Shown piece after piece: positions 47,928-58,373 of a DNA stretch of 64,000 nucleotides (position 1 is the stretch's first letter; every line of letters begins with the position of its first letter). The notes beneath the pieces were generated by a model that was not told the origin of the DNA, did no database searches, and saw only the letters and a list, made by a program, of their open reading frames with translations. The position numbers and the translations under genes are program-made. This DNA is from Mustelus asterias (taxonomy: Eukaryota), in the NCBI RefSeq assembly GCF_964213995.1, contig NC_135812.1, positions 28,334,001-28,398,000 of the forward strand. Direction: 5' to 3'.

Positions 47928-48897
47928 GGGCGGAATTTTACAAGAAAAATTCTAAGTGTCCAACTAGCGTGCAAATGGGAAAGCTGTCAGGCCTCTGTGG
48001 TTACAGCCGTCCTCAACGACCCCCCCCCGCCCCCCCAAAACTAGTGTGGAGGCCCATGGCCAATCGCAAGCCCCACACCACCACAGCCACCTGAAAATGT
48101 AGCCTTGCCACCTCCCTGCCACCCAGGCGATTCACTTCCTCCCCCCACTAATCACAGCCAGAGCGATAGTGGGCCTCCCCTCCTGCCCTCCACCAATCAC
48201 AGGCAGAGGGGCGGCGGGCACCCTCAACCGATCACAAGCAGAGTGGCAGTGGGCCCCCCTTCCCTCCCTCCACTGATCACAGGCAGAGCGGCAGCAGCCC
48301 CCTTCCTCCCTCCCCCACTAATCACAGCTGCAGATTGCACAGCGGGCCCCACTCCCTGGCTCAGCCTGGCCCCGCCCCTTGTAGGCCCTGCCCCTGTAGG
48401 CCCTGCCAACTCCAGGCCCCATCCCACATAGGCCCCACTCGCTTCACATCCCACCCCTGGCACTGCCTGGTGGACAGTGCCTTGGTTCCTGGTGGGCATT
48501 GTCAAGGCTAGCATGGCCAGGGTGGCACTGCCCAAGGGGCAACCCCTTGCTTTCAGCCTCCCCAAGGGCCTTAATGGCCTCCTGTTCAACTAGCAAGGGC
48601 AACATGACTATTCCCCATATATGGGAAGCAGGTGCTTTCCTCAGCTGGAGAGAACCTCTCCCCGTGAGTCTGCAAAGGCAAGTGAGCCTTTGACAATTGA
48701 CCAGGCTCACTAAAGACATGTAAATCAACATTTCCATAAATTTAAATAATTTATTCAGCCTCTCGCTGGAAATCCGGTCCCAGTAAGATTGTGAGAGGCT
48801 GAGAAAGCGGGCGTGATCCTGATTTCTTGACTCTTGCGCTATTTTACTGGCTTGTTCCACCCATCGATGGGCGGGGTCAACCAGTAAAATCGCAGCC
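47928..48897. mobile_element. Related non-autonomous Harbinger-like element
   Basis: Ends GGGCGGAATTTTAC and GTAAAATCGCAGCC; subterminal ATTCTAAGTG; internal C-rich repeats. Confidence 0.55.
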
Positions 48898-48977
48898 ACA
48901 GTGTGGGTATATACATAAACAGATTCAATGGAAAATGTGGGGGTGGAGGTGGGGGATAGTTCACAACTGCACAACAA

Positions 48978-49113
48978 TAAAGGCAAAAAACTGTGGATGC
49001 TGGAATCTGAAACAAAAACAGAAAATGCTGGGTAATCTCAGCAGGTCTGATAACGTCTGTGGAGAGAGGACAGAGCTAATGTTTCGAGTCTGGATGATTC
49101 TTCGTCAGAGCTG
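48978..49113 (-). mobile_element. Penelope 3'-terminal fragment
   Basis: Same GCTGGAATCTGAAAC...AAATGCTG...ATCTCAGCAGG terminus as 24876-25010. Confidence 0.75.
49074..49112 (-). ncRNA. Minimal hammerhead motif with an intact core
   Basis: AGCU-CUGACGA-A-GAAUC aucca GACUC-GAAA-CA-UU-AGCU; one mismatch in stem II. Confidence 0.65.
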
Positions 49114-49428
49114 TAAAAGGGGGACTGTTTTAAGATTTGGGGATTTGGATTATCTAGCTGAGCTAACCTGTGGATTCTTTGTTTATTGGAACCAGGTTAA
49201 TTACTGTTCGTACATCCTCCGCTGTCAGTAGAAACCAGCCATAATAGATACAATAGTAAAAGTACTGTGGATGCTGGAAATCTGAAATAAAACAGAAAAT
49301 GGTGGAAGTACAGTACCAGCCCAGTAATATCTACATGTGAAGAGAGGAGTTAAAGTTTGAGGTTGATGCTATTCCAGCCATATTGAGTATAGTGTAATTT
49401 GTCGCTGTCCACTGGTGCTGAAATGTAG

Positions 49429-49546
49429 TCATGATGTGGAGATGCCGGCGTTGGACTGGGGTAAACACAGTAAGAAGTTTAACAACACCAGGTTAAAGTC
49501 CAACTAATAAACCTGTTGGACTTTAACCTGGTGTAGTTAAACTTCT
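49429..49546 (-). mobile_element. Short palindromic Penelope-derived element (family of 6337-6595) with a 13-bp TSD and no ribozyme
   Basis: TSD TGCTGAAATGTAG at 49416-49428 and 49547-49559; short inverted arms. Confidence 0.8.
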
Positions 49547-49582
49547 TGCTGAAATGTAGCCTGGGTTGCTTCCAATGCGTTT

Positions 49583-49885
49583 TTTAAAGTTTATTTATTA
49601 ATGTCACCACCGAGTAGGCTTACATTAACACTGCAATGAAGTTACTGTGAAAATCACCTAGTCGCCACACTCCGTGTGTGGGTAGACTGAGAGAGAATTT
49701 AGCATGACCAATGCACCTAACCAGCACGTCTTTCAGACTGTGGGAGGAAACTGGAGCACCCGGAGGAAACCCACACAGACACGGGGAGGACGTGCAGACT
49801 CCGCACAGACCCAAGCCGGGAATTGAACCCGGGTCCCTGGCGCAGTGAGGCAGCAGTGCTAACCACTGTGCTATCGTGCTGCCCC
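49583..49885 (-). mobile_element. V-SINE, alternative tail, just 3' of the GPCR stop
   Basis: As 8505-8803, reverse strand. Confidence 0.88.
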
Positions 49886-49940
49886 CTTTACATCTCTCTT
49901 CTTTTTCTCCACATTCAGATAAGGGGTACATGCAGGAAAT

Positions 49941-50921
49941 TCAGGGATTATTTGCTGTTTGGATGTGGACCTTGTTGTTAAAAGGACATCGGCAGGAACC
50001 GATGGCGTTTCCCAAGCCCTTTAATTTGTGGGTATAGACTATGGGATTAACTAAAGAGTTTAGCGTTATCATTATCGCGGTGAAGTTTCTGAAAACATAG
50101 ATGTGGATATGAAGGTCTCTGAGGGGAGAGTGATCGAATGCATCCCAGAGAACGCCGGAGAAGAATGGGGCATAGGAGACAACAGTCATTACCCAAATAG
50201 TCACACTTATCTTTGCTACATGTGCTTCGGCCAGTCTGTAACTGTTACTATCATGTCCTTGTGTTGCAATGATGCACTTCTGTCTCTTTAGAATGACAAT
50301 GATGGCAATGTAAGTGAACATTAAGCAAGAGAAAGTCACCACACAGTTAGGGATGGTAATAAAGATCAAGTAATCGAGGCACAGAGGCCGGTAGAGAGCA
50401 GAAGATGCTCCGTCTCCTTTGCCCAAGCAATTCCAACCCATCAGAGGCAGTCCACCAAAGATGCCGGCCAGAAACCAGCTGGCCCCAGCTGCCAGCCAGG
50501 TCTGGCAATGGGAGATGCGGTATCTGGGTCTCAAACAGTCAGCCACTGTGAGGTATCGCTCAACGCCAATGCTCATCAGGTTGTAGACGGTCGAGAGGAT
50601 GGAGATGGCGAGGATGGCGTAGGCATGCAGCAGCTCCGGCGAGCCGTACACCGTGTCCTCCGGCTCGGCGAGGAAGAGCAGCGCGATCCAAAAGGAAGAG
50701 GAGCTGGAGAGGAGGTCGGACAAGGCCAGGCTGCCAAAGAGGATGAAGATGGGTTTGTGCTGGTGCCTTGCAGAGACGATGGCGAGGATCACCGCACTGT
50801 TGCAGATGATGGAAATGACATTGATGACCAACTGCGGGATTGCCAGCGACAGAACTAAGCTGGAGCTCCAAGTGACAGAGTTGTTGGGGTGTCCCAGAGA
50901 GCCGTTTGACACGCGGTTCAT
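49941..50921 (-). CDS. Single-exon class A GPCR, lipid/MECA group (S1P/LPA/cannabinoid/GPR3-6-12/melanocortin-related orphan), 326 aa
   Basis: Open ORF from the ATG at 50921 (MNRVSNGS..., N-glycosylation sequons) with seven hydrophobic segments; motifs HKPIF..SLALSDLL, ERY, GWNC, SYAP, NSLVNPIVY. Confidence 0.92.
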   Translation of the reverse strand: MNRVSNGSLGHPNNSVTWSSSLVLSLAIPQLVINVISIICNSAVILAIVSARHQHKPIFILFGSLALSDLLSSSSSFWIALLFLAEPEDTVYGSPELLHAYAILAISILSTVYNLMSIGVERYLTVADCLRPRYRISHCQTWLAAGASWFLAGIFGGLPLMGWNCLGKGDGASSALYRPLCLDYLIFITIPNCVVTFSCLMFTYIAIIVILKRQKCIIATQGHDSNSYRLAEAHVAKISVTIWVMTVVSYAPFFSGVLWDAFDHSPLRDLHIHIYVFRNFTAIMITLNSLVNPIVYTHKLKGLGNAIGSCRCPFNNKVHIQTANNP

Positions 50922-51249
50922 CTTGTTGAATGTGCAGGGGGGGTGTCCCCGAATATAAATCCAGATTAAAATCAAACAGGTATCCTCTCTGCAAACTTCA
51001 CCGCGAAGGTTTAGTGGACAAACGCTCCCAGTTCCTGGTCGGTCTGACGCTGTTATAGAGTAGAAGTGCCCTCACTCGGTTTCCTTCCCAGTGGGACAGA
51101 TTCAATAATCGCCTTATCTTTATGTAGACGGAGGAGGCTAAATATATATTTGAGTTGCAGAGTCACTACACAGCAAATTAATATAACCTCCCCGTCACTG
51201 GCAATATCGGGGCAGCACAGTAATGCGAACAGCACCATATCAGGAGTGA

Positions 51250-51390
51250 CTTGATTTATTATTGTCACATGTATTGGGATACAGAGAAAACTAATGTTTC
51301 TTGTACACTAGGCAGACAAAGCTTACCGTTCATAGAGTACAAAGGGGAGAAGGAAAGTAGAGGGTGCAGAATATAATGCTACAGTCAAAG
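51250..51390 (-). mobile_element. Rex1/Babar-type tail fragment
   Basis: TTGATTTATTATTGTCACATGTATT... matches the tail of the other copies. Confidence 0.7.
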
Positions 51391-51539
51391 CGAATGCTAT
51401 AAAATTGGGAGTAGTTGGGATTCTACAAGGCAGGGGAAATATTTCTTTGATGAAGCAATGGGGAGGCTGGATGAGTGTAATGCAGGTAATGAATTATTTA
51501 AAAAATGCTAAAGTACCACATGACAAGTGCATGATAAAA

Positions 51540-52820
51540 TAGGACTGAGTCAGTGCTGCATTCGTCAAGGGGAGGTCATGTCTGACAAATCTGTTAGAGT
51601 TCTTTGAGGAGGTAAGAAGGAAGTTAGATAAAGGAGAACTAGTGGACGTAATTTACTTAGATTTCCAAAAGGACTTTGACAAGGTGCCGCATAGGAGACT
51701 GTTAAATGTTAAGAGCCCATGGTGTAAAGGGTAAGATCCTGGCATGGATAGAGGATTGGCTGACTGGCAGAAGGCAGAGAGTGGGGATAAAGGAGTCTTT
51801 CTCAGGATGGCAGCCGGGTGACTAGTGGTGTGCCTCAGGGATCGGTGCTGGAACCACAGCTTTTCACAATATACATTTACAATTTGGAAAAAGGAACTGA
51901 AGGCACTGTTGCTAAGTCTGCAGATGATACAAAGATATGTAGAAGGACAGGTAGTATTGAGGAAGCGTGGGGCTGTAGAAGGACTTGGACAGGTTAGGAG
52001 GGGGCAAAGAAGTGACAGATGGAATACAATGTGGAAAAGTGTGAGGTTATGCAATTTGGAAGGAGGAATGGAGGCATAGACTATTTTCTAAATGGGGAAA
52101 TGCTTAGGAAATCAGAAACACAAAGGGACTTGGGAGTCCTTGTTCAAGATTCTCTTAAGGTTAATGTGCAGGTTAATGTCAGCAGTTAGGAAGGCAAATG
52201 CAATGTTAGCATTCATATTGAGAGGGCTAGACTACAAGAGCAGGGATGTACTTCTGAGGCTGTATAACGCTCTGTCAGACCCCTTTTGGAGTATTGTGAG
52301 CAGTTTTCGGCCCCGTATCTAAGGAAGGATGTGCTGGCCTTGGAAAGGGTCCAGAGGAGGTTCACAAGAATGATCCCTGGAATGAAGAGCTTGTCATATG
52401 AGGAACTGTTGGGGATTCTGGGTCTGTACTCGTTGGAGTTTAGAAGGATGAAACTTATAGGATACTGCGAGGCCTAGATAGAGTGGATGTGGAGAGGATG
52501 TTTCCACTAGTAGGAAAAACTAGAACCAGAGGCCACAACCTCAGGCTAATGGGACGATCCTTTAAAACAGAGATGAGGAGGAATTTCTTCAGCCAGAGAG
52601 TGGTGAATCTGTGGAACTCTTTGCTGCAGAGGCTGTGGAGGCCAGGCCATTGAGTGTCTCTAAGATAGAGATAGATAGGTTCTTGATTAATAAGGGGATC
52701 AGGGGTTATGGGGAAAAGGCAGGAGAATGGGGACGAGAAAAATATCAGCCATGATTGAATGGCAGAGCAGACTCGATGGGCCGAGTAGCCTAATTCTGCT
52801 CCTATGTCTTATGGTTTTAT
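51540..52820 (+). mobile_element. Degenerate CR1 LINE 3' part
   Basis: Frameshifted RT pieces (LERVQRRFTRMIPG); TCTTATGG tail. Confidence 0.88.
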
Positions 52821-53639
52821 GATGAATCTGTCAGCAAAAATGAAGCCAATGGGAAGAAATGGGCGATGGTTGTGTGGATATGAAATTGGTCAAATCAGAG
52901 AGTAGAGTTGAATGGTTGCTTTTCAGAATGGAGAGAATTACAAAGTTGTATTCCCTAAGGGCCAGTAATAGACCCACTGCTCTTTTTGTTATATAATGTG
53001 ATCTGGACTTGGGTACACAGGTTTGCAGCTGATACAGAATCATAGAATGGCTACAGCACAAAAGGAGACCATTCGCTCCATCATATCCATGCTGAGTCTT
53101 TGTAAGAACAATTCACTTGATGCCACTCCCCAATCTTTTCCCCCTAGCCTTGCAAATGTTGCCTCTACAGATAACTATCCAATCCTCTCAATAAATATTT
53201 GGAGGGATAATATTTGCAGCGTTATGAGGAGGGGGTGTGATGGGGGGGGCGGGGCTGCTGCTAGTGACTAAAAGAATGGGCACAGGAACAAAGGGCTGAA
53301 TGGTCTCCTTTCATACTATACTATTTTATAACTCTGTGAAACGATGGATGGGGTGTTTTATGTTATTCACTTTTGAGTGCTTCATGAAGTTAAGAAAGTA
53401 CCATTGAGATATTCTGACTCCTTTATTTTCATTGTATTATTATTGTTTTCACCCCCATTGAACTAAAAATAACAAAATTGCCTTGGAGCAATTATTTTGG
53501 ATTCTATGTTGCAGGGATCATACCAGGGACTGAAGACAATTCCTGAGTTGGAGGAAATTTCTACTCTTCTTCCATTATCCTGCCATCTTCAACAATTTAT
53601 GCAGATATGTCCATTAGTTTCTTTGTTGCTGTAACTCCT

Positions 53640-54440
53640 TTAGAACCACACACTTTATTTATATTGTATTTCTTCAGTCTTTCTGCCAAAATATACCACT
53701 TCATGTAGGCCTGCATTAAATGTCATCTGCCCATTCCACCACTTTGTTTTTATCCCTTGAAGTCCATCACTATCATCCTCACAGTTCATGATAGTTTTAA
53801 GTTTTGTGACATCTGCAAATTTTGAAATTGTTCCCTGGAGATTATTCGAGATTATTAATATATTTCAAGAAAGGCATTAGTCCTTGTATTGAAACCTGGG
53901 GAATCTCACTGTATACATATTGAGGATCCCACTGTACATCTACCTCCAGACTGAAAAACAACCATTCACCACCATTCAGTTTCCTGTCACTCAGCCAACT
54001 TCAGACCCATGCTGCCATTGTCCTTTTCAGTCTCTAGCCTTCAACTTTTTGGGAAGCCGATATTGTGGCACTTTATCAAACATCATTGTTAAAGTCCATT
54101 TTTATACCACATCAACTCTATTATCCTTCTCAACTCTCACTGTTACCTCATCAAGAATTCAGTCAAGTCAGTTAAACATGATTTATCTTTCCTTAATTAA
54201 TCCATACTTGTCTGAGTAATTATTAATTTTGTCCAAGATTATAAATTCTAAAAGCTTTTGGACACCAGGGTAAATTTACTATAACTGCTGAGTTTAACCT
54301 CTCACCTGCTTTACAACCAAGATCTAACATTGGCAATTCACCAGTTCTCTGGCACCACATCCTTATATAAAGAGGATTAGAACATCATGGCCAATACTTC
54401 CACAAATTCACCCTTACTTTCTTCAGCATCCTATCTGGGT
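53640..54440 (-). mobile_element. Highly decayed CR1 RT fragment
   Basis: Recognisable RT nucleotide remnants (e.g. tgacatctgcaaat, ggcactttatcaaa). Confidence 0.5.
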
Positions 54441-54446
54441 TGGGTA

Positions 54447-55227
54447 CAGGAATGAGATAGAGAACCTGGTGAACTGGTGCGGCAACAATGTCAACAAAAC
54501 GGAGGAGATTGTTATCGACTTCAGGAAGCGTAAAGGAGAACATGCCCCTGTCTACATCAACAGGGACGAAGTAGAAAGGATTGAGAGCTTCACGTTTTTA
54601 GGTGTCCAGATCACCAACAACCTGTCCCTGTCCCCCCATGCTGACACTATTGTTAAGAAAGCCCACCAACGCCTCCACTTTCTCAGAAGACTAAAGAAAT
54701 TTGGCATGTCAGTTACAACTCTCACCAACTTTTACAGATGCACCATAAAAAGCATTCTTTCTGGTTGTATCACAGCTTGGTATGTCTCCTGTTCTGCCCA
54801 AGACCGCAAAGAACTACAAAAGTTCATGAATGTAGCCCAATCCATCACACAAACCGGCCTCCCATCCAGTGACTCTGTCTACACTTCCCGCTGCCTCGGC
54901 AAAGCAGCCAGCAAAGTTAAGGACCTCACGCATCCCGGACATTCTCTCTTCCACCTTCTTCCTTCGGGAAAAAAATACACAAGCCTGAGGTCGTGTACCA
55001 ACTGACTCAAGAACAGCTTCTTCCCTGTTGCTGTCAGACTTTTGAATGGATTTACCTTGCATTAAGTTGATCTTTCTCTATACCCTAGCTATGACTGTAA
55101 CACTACATTCTGCACTCTCTTGCTTCCTTCTCTATGAACGGTATGTTTTGTCTGTAAAGCGCGCAAGAAACAATACTGTTCACTGTATGTTAATACATGT
55201 GACAATAATAAATCAAATCAAATCAAA
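54447..55227 (+). mobile_element. Rex1/Babar-type LINE 3' end
   Basis: ORF 54469..55005 (NVNKTEEIVIDFRK, FLGVQIT, KKAHQRLHFLRRLKKF); (TCAAA)n tail. Confidence 0.88.
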
Positions 55228-55594
55228 ACTTATCAACTTTTAAGGAATGCTACTATTCAGGAGTTGACAAAAGTTGATAGTAATATTTATTTACATCCTG
55301 CCATTTGAACTCAAATCCCATTCCAGGTTCATATACTGGATGGAATCTGTCAGAACCCTTCCTGCTGAAATATTTTTCCTTCAGTAGTTAAAGCAACGAT
55401 TTGATCCAGGAAAATGTAAACTCTACGTGATCCCATTGAGTGAGGTTGATGAGGTGAATAGCTTTCTCTTGTTTCATACCTTTGTCTGTTTTGGTAGCTT
55501 GGCTTCAATATTCAGCAGCAGTTGGTGTAGGAAATAGGATTAGAATTTTTCAACATCTGAATAATTTCCAGTTTGAAAAGTAAAACAACTAATA

Positions 55595-56200
55595 ATAACA
55601 GAACATTGAATACAGGAGTTGGGATGTCTTGTTGAAATTGTAAGGCCACACTTGGAATACTGTGTACAGTTCTGGGCACCCTATTATAGAAAGGATATTA
55701 TTAAACGAGAAAGAGTGCAGTAAAGATTTAGATGTTACCGGGATTTGATGGTTTGAGTTATAAGGAAAGGCTGGATAGACTGGGACTTTTTTCTCTGGAG
55801 CGTAGGAGGCTTAGGGATGATCTTATAGAGGTCTATAAAATAATGAAGGGCATAGATCAGCTGGTTGTCAGCATATTTTCCCAAAGGTAGGGGAGTTTAA
55901 AACTAGAGGCATAGGTTTAAGGTGAGAGGGGAGAGATACAAAAGGGTCCAGAGGGGCAATGTTTTCACATAGAGGGTGGTGAATGTCTGGAACAAGCTGC
56001 CAGAAGTAGTAGTAGAGGCAGGTACAATTTTGTCTTTTAAAAAGCATTTAGACAATTACATAGGTAAGATGGCTATAGAGGGATATGGGCCAAACGTGGG
56101 CGATTGAGACTAGCTTCGTGGTTAAAAAAAAGGGTGGCATGGACAAGTTGGGCCGAAGGGCCTGTTTCCATGCTGTAATCCTCCATGACTCTATGACTCC
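55595..56200 (+). mobile_element. CR1 3' end
   Basis: RT C-terminal remnants and ATGACTCTATGACTC tail. Confidence 0.85.
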
Positions 56201-56863
56201 ATAAATATGATTTTGTTTTAAAAATCCATGGGAGTAAAGTCATAATTCAGAACAGATTGTACTGTTGTTTTAAAATATATCGAGTTGGTGTTTACAGTCC
56301 AGAAATCAACTAAAATTAAGATTTTAATGTTTAGCTTTTAATGTTTTAGATTTAATAACATATTTTGAACATTATATACAGAGTAGATGGAATGTCATGG
56401 GATGCTATTATATAATCCAACTAAAGGTGAAGATGGAAATATGCTGTGTAATATTATCATATGAAGTCATTTCACATATATCACATTACAATTCTAATGG
56501 AGATGTTAACACATGTAATAAATCACAGTCGATAATATAGACAACAGAGGAATTTCATCAGAGCGCATTGTGATGTCTCAAAACGCATTTTCCAAGATCA
56601 CAACTCAGCTCTCTCCTGTTTAGTTCAGACATTCATGGGTAAATTGTCCTGCTCCCAGAGACAGAGGTGTCACCAAACAGTGCCCAAGCAACTTGTAATA
56701 TTCCACACTTTCAATTCAGCCGGATGGGAATTTCTAAAATATAAACTGAAATTATTTTGATTTCAAAGTTAGAATCCGGGGGCTGTCAGTTTAGATTTTA
56801 GGAAATAGCAGAACTCAGGTTATGAATAAACTTCCCACCCGCTCAGCAGCTGCTGACCTCTCT

Positions 56864-57583
56864 CTGCTCTGCTCTGCCCAAGACTGCAAGAAACTACAAA
56901 AGGTCGCGAATGTAGCCCAGTCCATCGTGCAAACCAGCCTCTCATCCATTGACTCTGTCTACACTTCCCGCTGCCTCGGCAAAGCAGCCAGCATAATTAA
57001 AGACTCCACACACCCTGGACAGTCTCTCTCCCACCTTCTTCCGTCGGGAAAAAGATACAAAAGGTCACGTTTAAAGTTTATTAAAAAGTTTATTTATTAG
57101 TCACAAGTAAAGCTTACATTAACACTGCAATGAAGTTACTTTGAAATTCCTCTCGTCGCCACACTCTTTGTGCCTGTTTGGGCCAATTCACCAAAACCAG
57201 CATGTCTTTTGGACTGTGGGAGGAAACCAGAGCACCCAGAGGAAACTCATGCAAACACGAGGAGAACATGCAAACTCCATATAGGCAGTGGCCCAAGGTG
57301 GGAATCGAACCCGGATCCCTGGCACTGTGGGGCAGCAGTGCTATCCACTGTGCCACCGTGCCCGCCCAACTCAAGAACAGCTTCTTCCCTGCTACCATCA
57401 GACTTTTGAATGGACCTATCATGCTTTAACTTGATCTTTCTCTACACCCTAGCTATGACTGTAACACTACATTCTGCACTCTCTCGTTTCCTTCTCTATG
57501 AACTGTATGCTTTGTCTGCATAGCACGCAAGAAACAATACTTTCCACTGTACACTAACATAATAATAAATCAAATAAAAAATC
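56864..57583 (+). mobile_element. Rex1/Babar-type 3' end interrupted by a SINE
   Basis: [21 protein letters not shown]; resumes at about 57367 after the SINE. Confidence 0.85.
57070..57366 (-). mobile_element. V-SINE, alternative tail, nested in a Rex element
   Basis: As 8505-8803, reverse strand. Confidence 0.85.
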
Positions 57584-57587
57584 AAAA

Positions 57588-57677
57588 GTCTTCCCTCCTC
57601 CCTTTCTCTCTCCCCTCCTTCCCTCTCTCCCTCCTTCCCTCTCTCCCCCCTTCCCTCCTCCTTCCCTCTTCCTCTTT
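57588..57677. repeat. Polypyrimidine (CT-rich) tract
   Basis: About 90 bp of C and T only. Confidence 0.85.
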
Positions 57678-58059
57678 GCACTGGGTGTGAAATGGCAATT
57701 TCAGTCCCGGCGCAATTTGCGATGCAAAAGAGAGCATTGTTTTGGTTTTGTTACGCATTTTCACAGGTCATGGCCGCCAAACCCCCAGATTATCCTTGCT
57801 ACGCATCTCGGCGGCTTATAGTTTAGCCATCATTTCAATTTTATTTCGTTATTTTATTCATTTTGTCTATTTTAAAAGCAAGCGTGAACAGCGGGGCGGG
57901 AAAATCAGCATTGATAGGATGCAACCAGGCAGGGGGCTGCATCTCTGACATTGAACCTGCAATTGGCAGCTGCTGCTGATCTCTGCAAGCATCCTTTTCC
58001 AAATCGCTGCTGGGGACAGAGTGAGGAAACATATCCCAATGTGAAATTGCTCTCATTCC

Positions 58060-58315
58060 AGCCCCTCGAGCCGCTGTCCCGGAACTAAGAGCATCCAGGA
58101 TCCCAGCTCCTCCCGCATTGCGCCCTGTAGCCGGCTCCATTGGGAAGGGATGTGCTGAGAGGTGGTGCCAGGGGGTGGAGCCTGGTCTTCCTGCCGCGGG
58201 TCTGAGTGTCCCCGGGCAGAAATAAAAAGGAGCCACCTCTCAGTTGATGCAACATCTCTGCTCCCGTCAATTTACACCCCAGAGGAACGGAGAGGGGGAG
58301 AACAGGGCCAAGAGA
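58060..58315 (+). promoter_or_regulatory. Probable CA4 promoter/5' UTR
   Basis: GC-rich stretch with GGGGGTGGAG at 58171-58180 and TATA-like AATAAAAA at 58221-58228, about 90 bp before the ATG. Confidence 0.5.
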
Positions 58316-58373
58316 ATGCACCCATTTACCTTCTTACTCCTCAGCTCTTTGCCCTTCCTGACTTCGGAAGCTG
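58316..58373 (+). CDS. CA4: CA4-like exon 1 (signal peptide)
   Basis: AGAATGC start, hydrophobic core, consensus gtaagt donor. Confidence 0.8.

Noticed and set aside
50922-50975. N-terminal extension of the GPCR in the ORF track (MILIWIY...)
   Set aside because: It starts at a non-ATG codon. The first in-frame ATG is at 50921, in good context (AAGATGA).
50508-50994. Overlapping 101-144 aa ORFs on both strands
   Set aside because: Shadow ORFs of the GC-rich 5' half of the GPCR.
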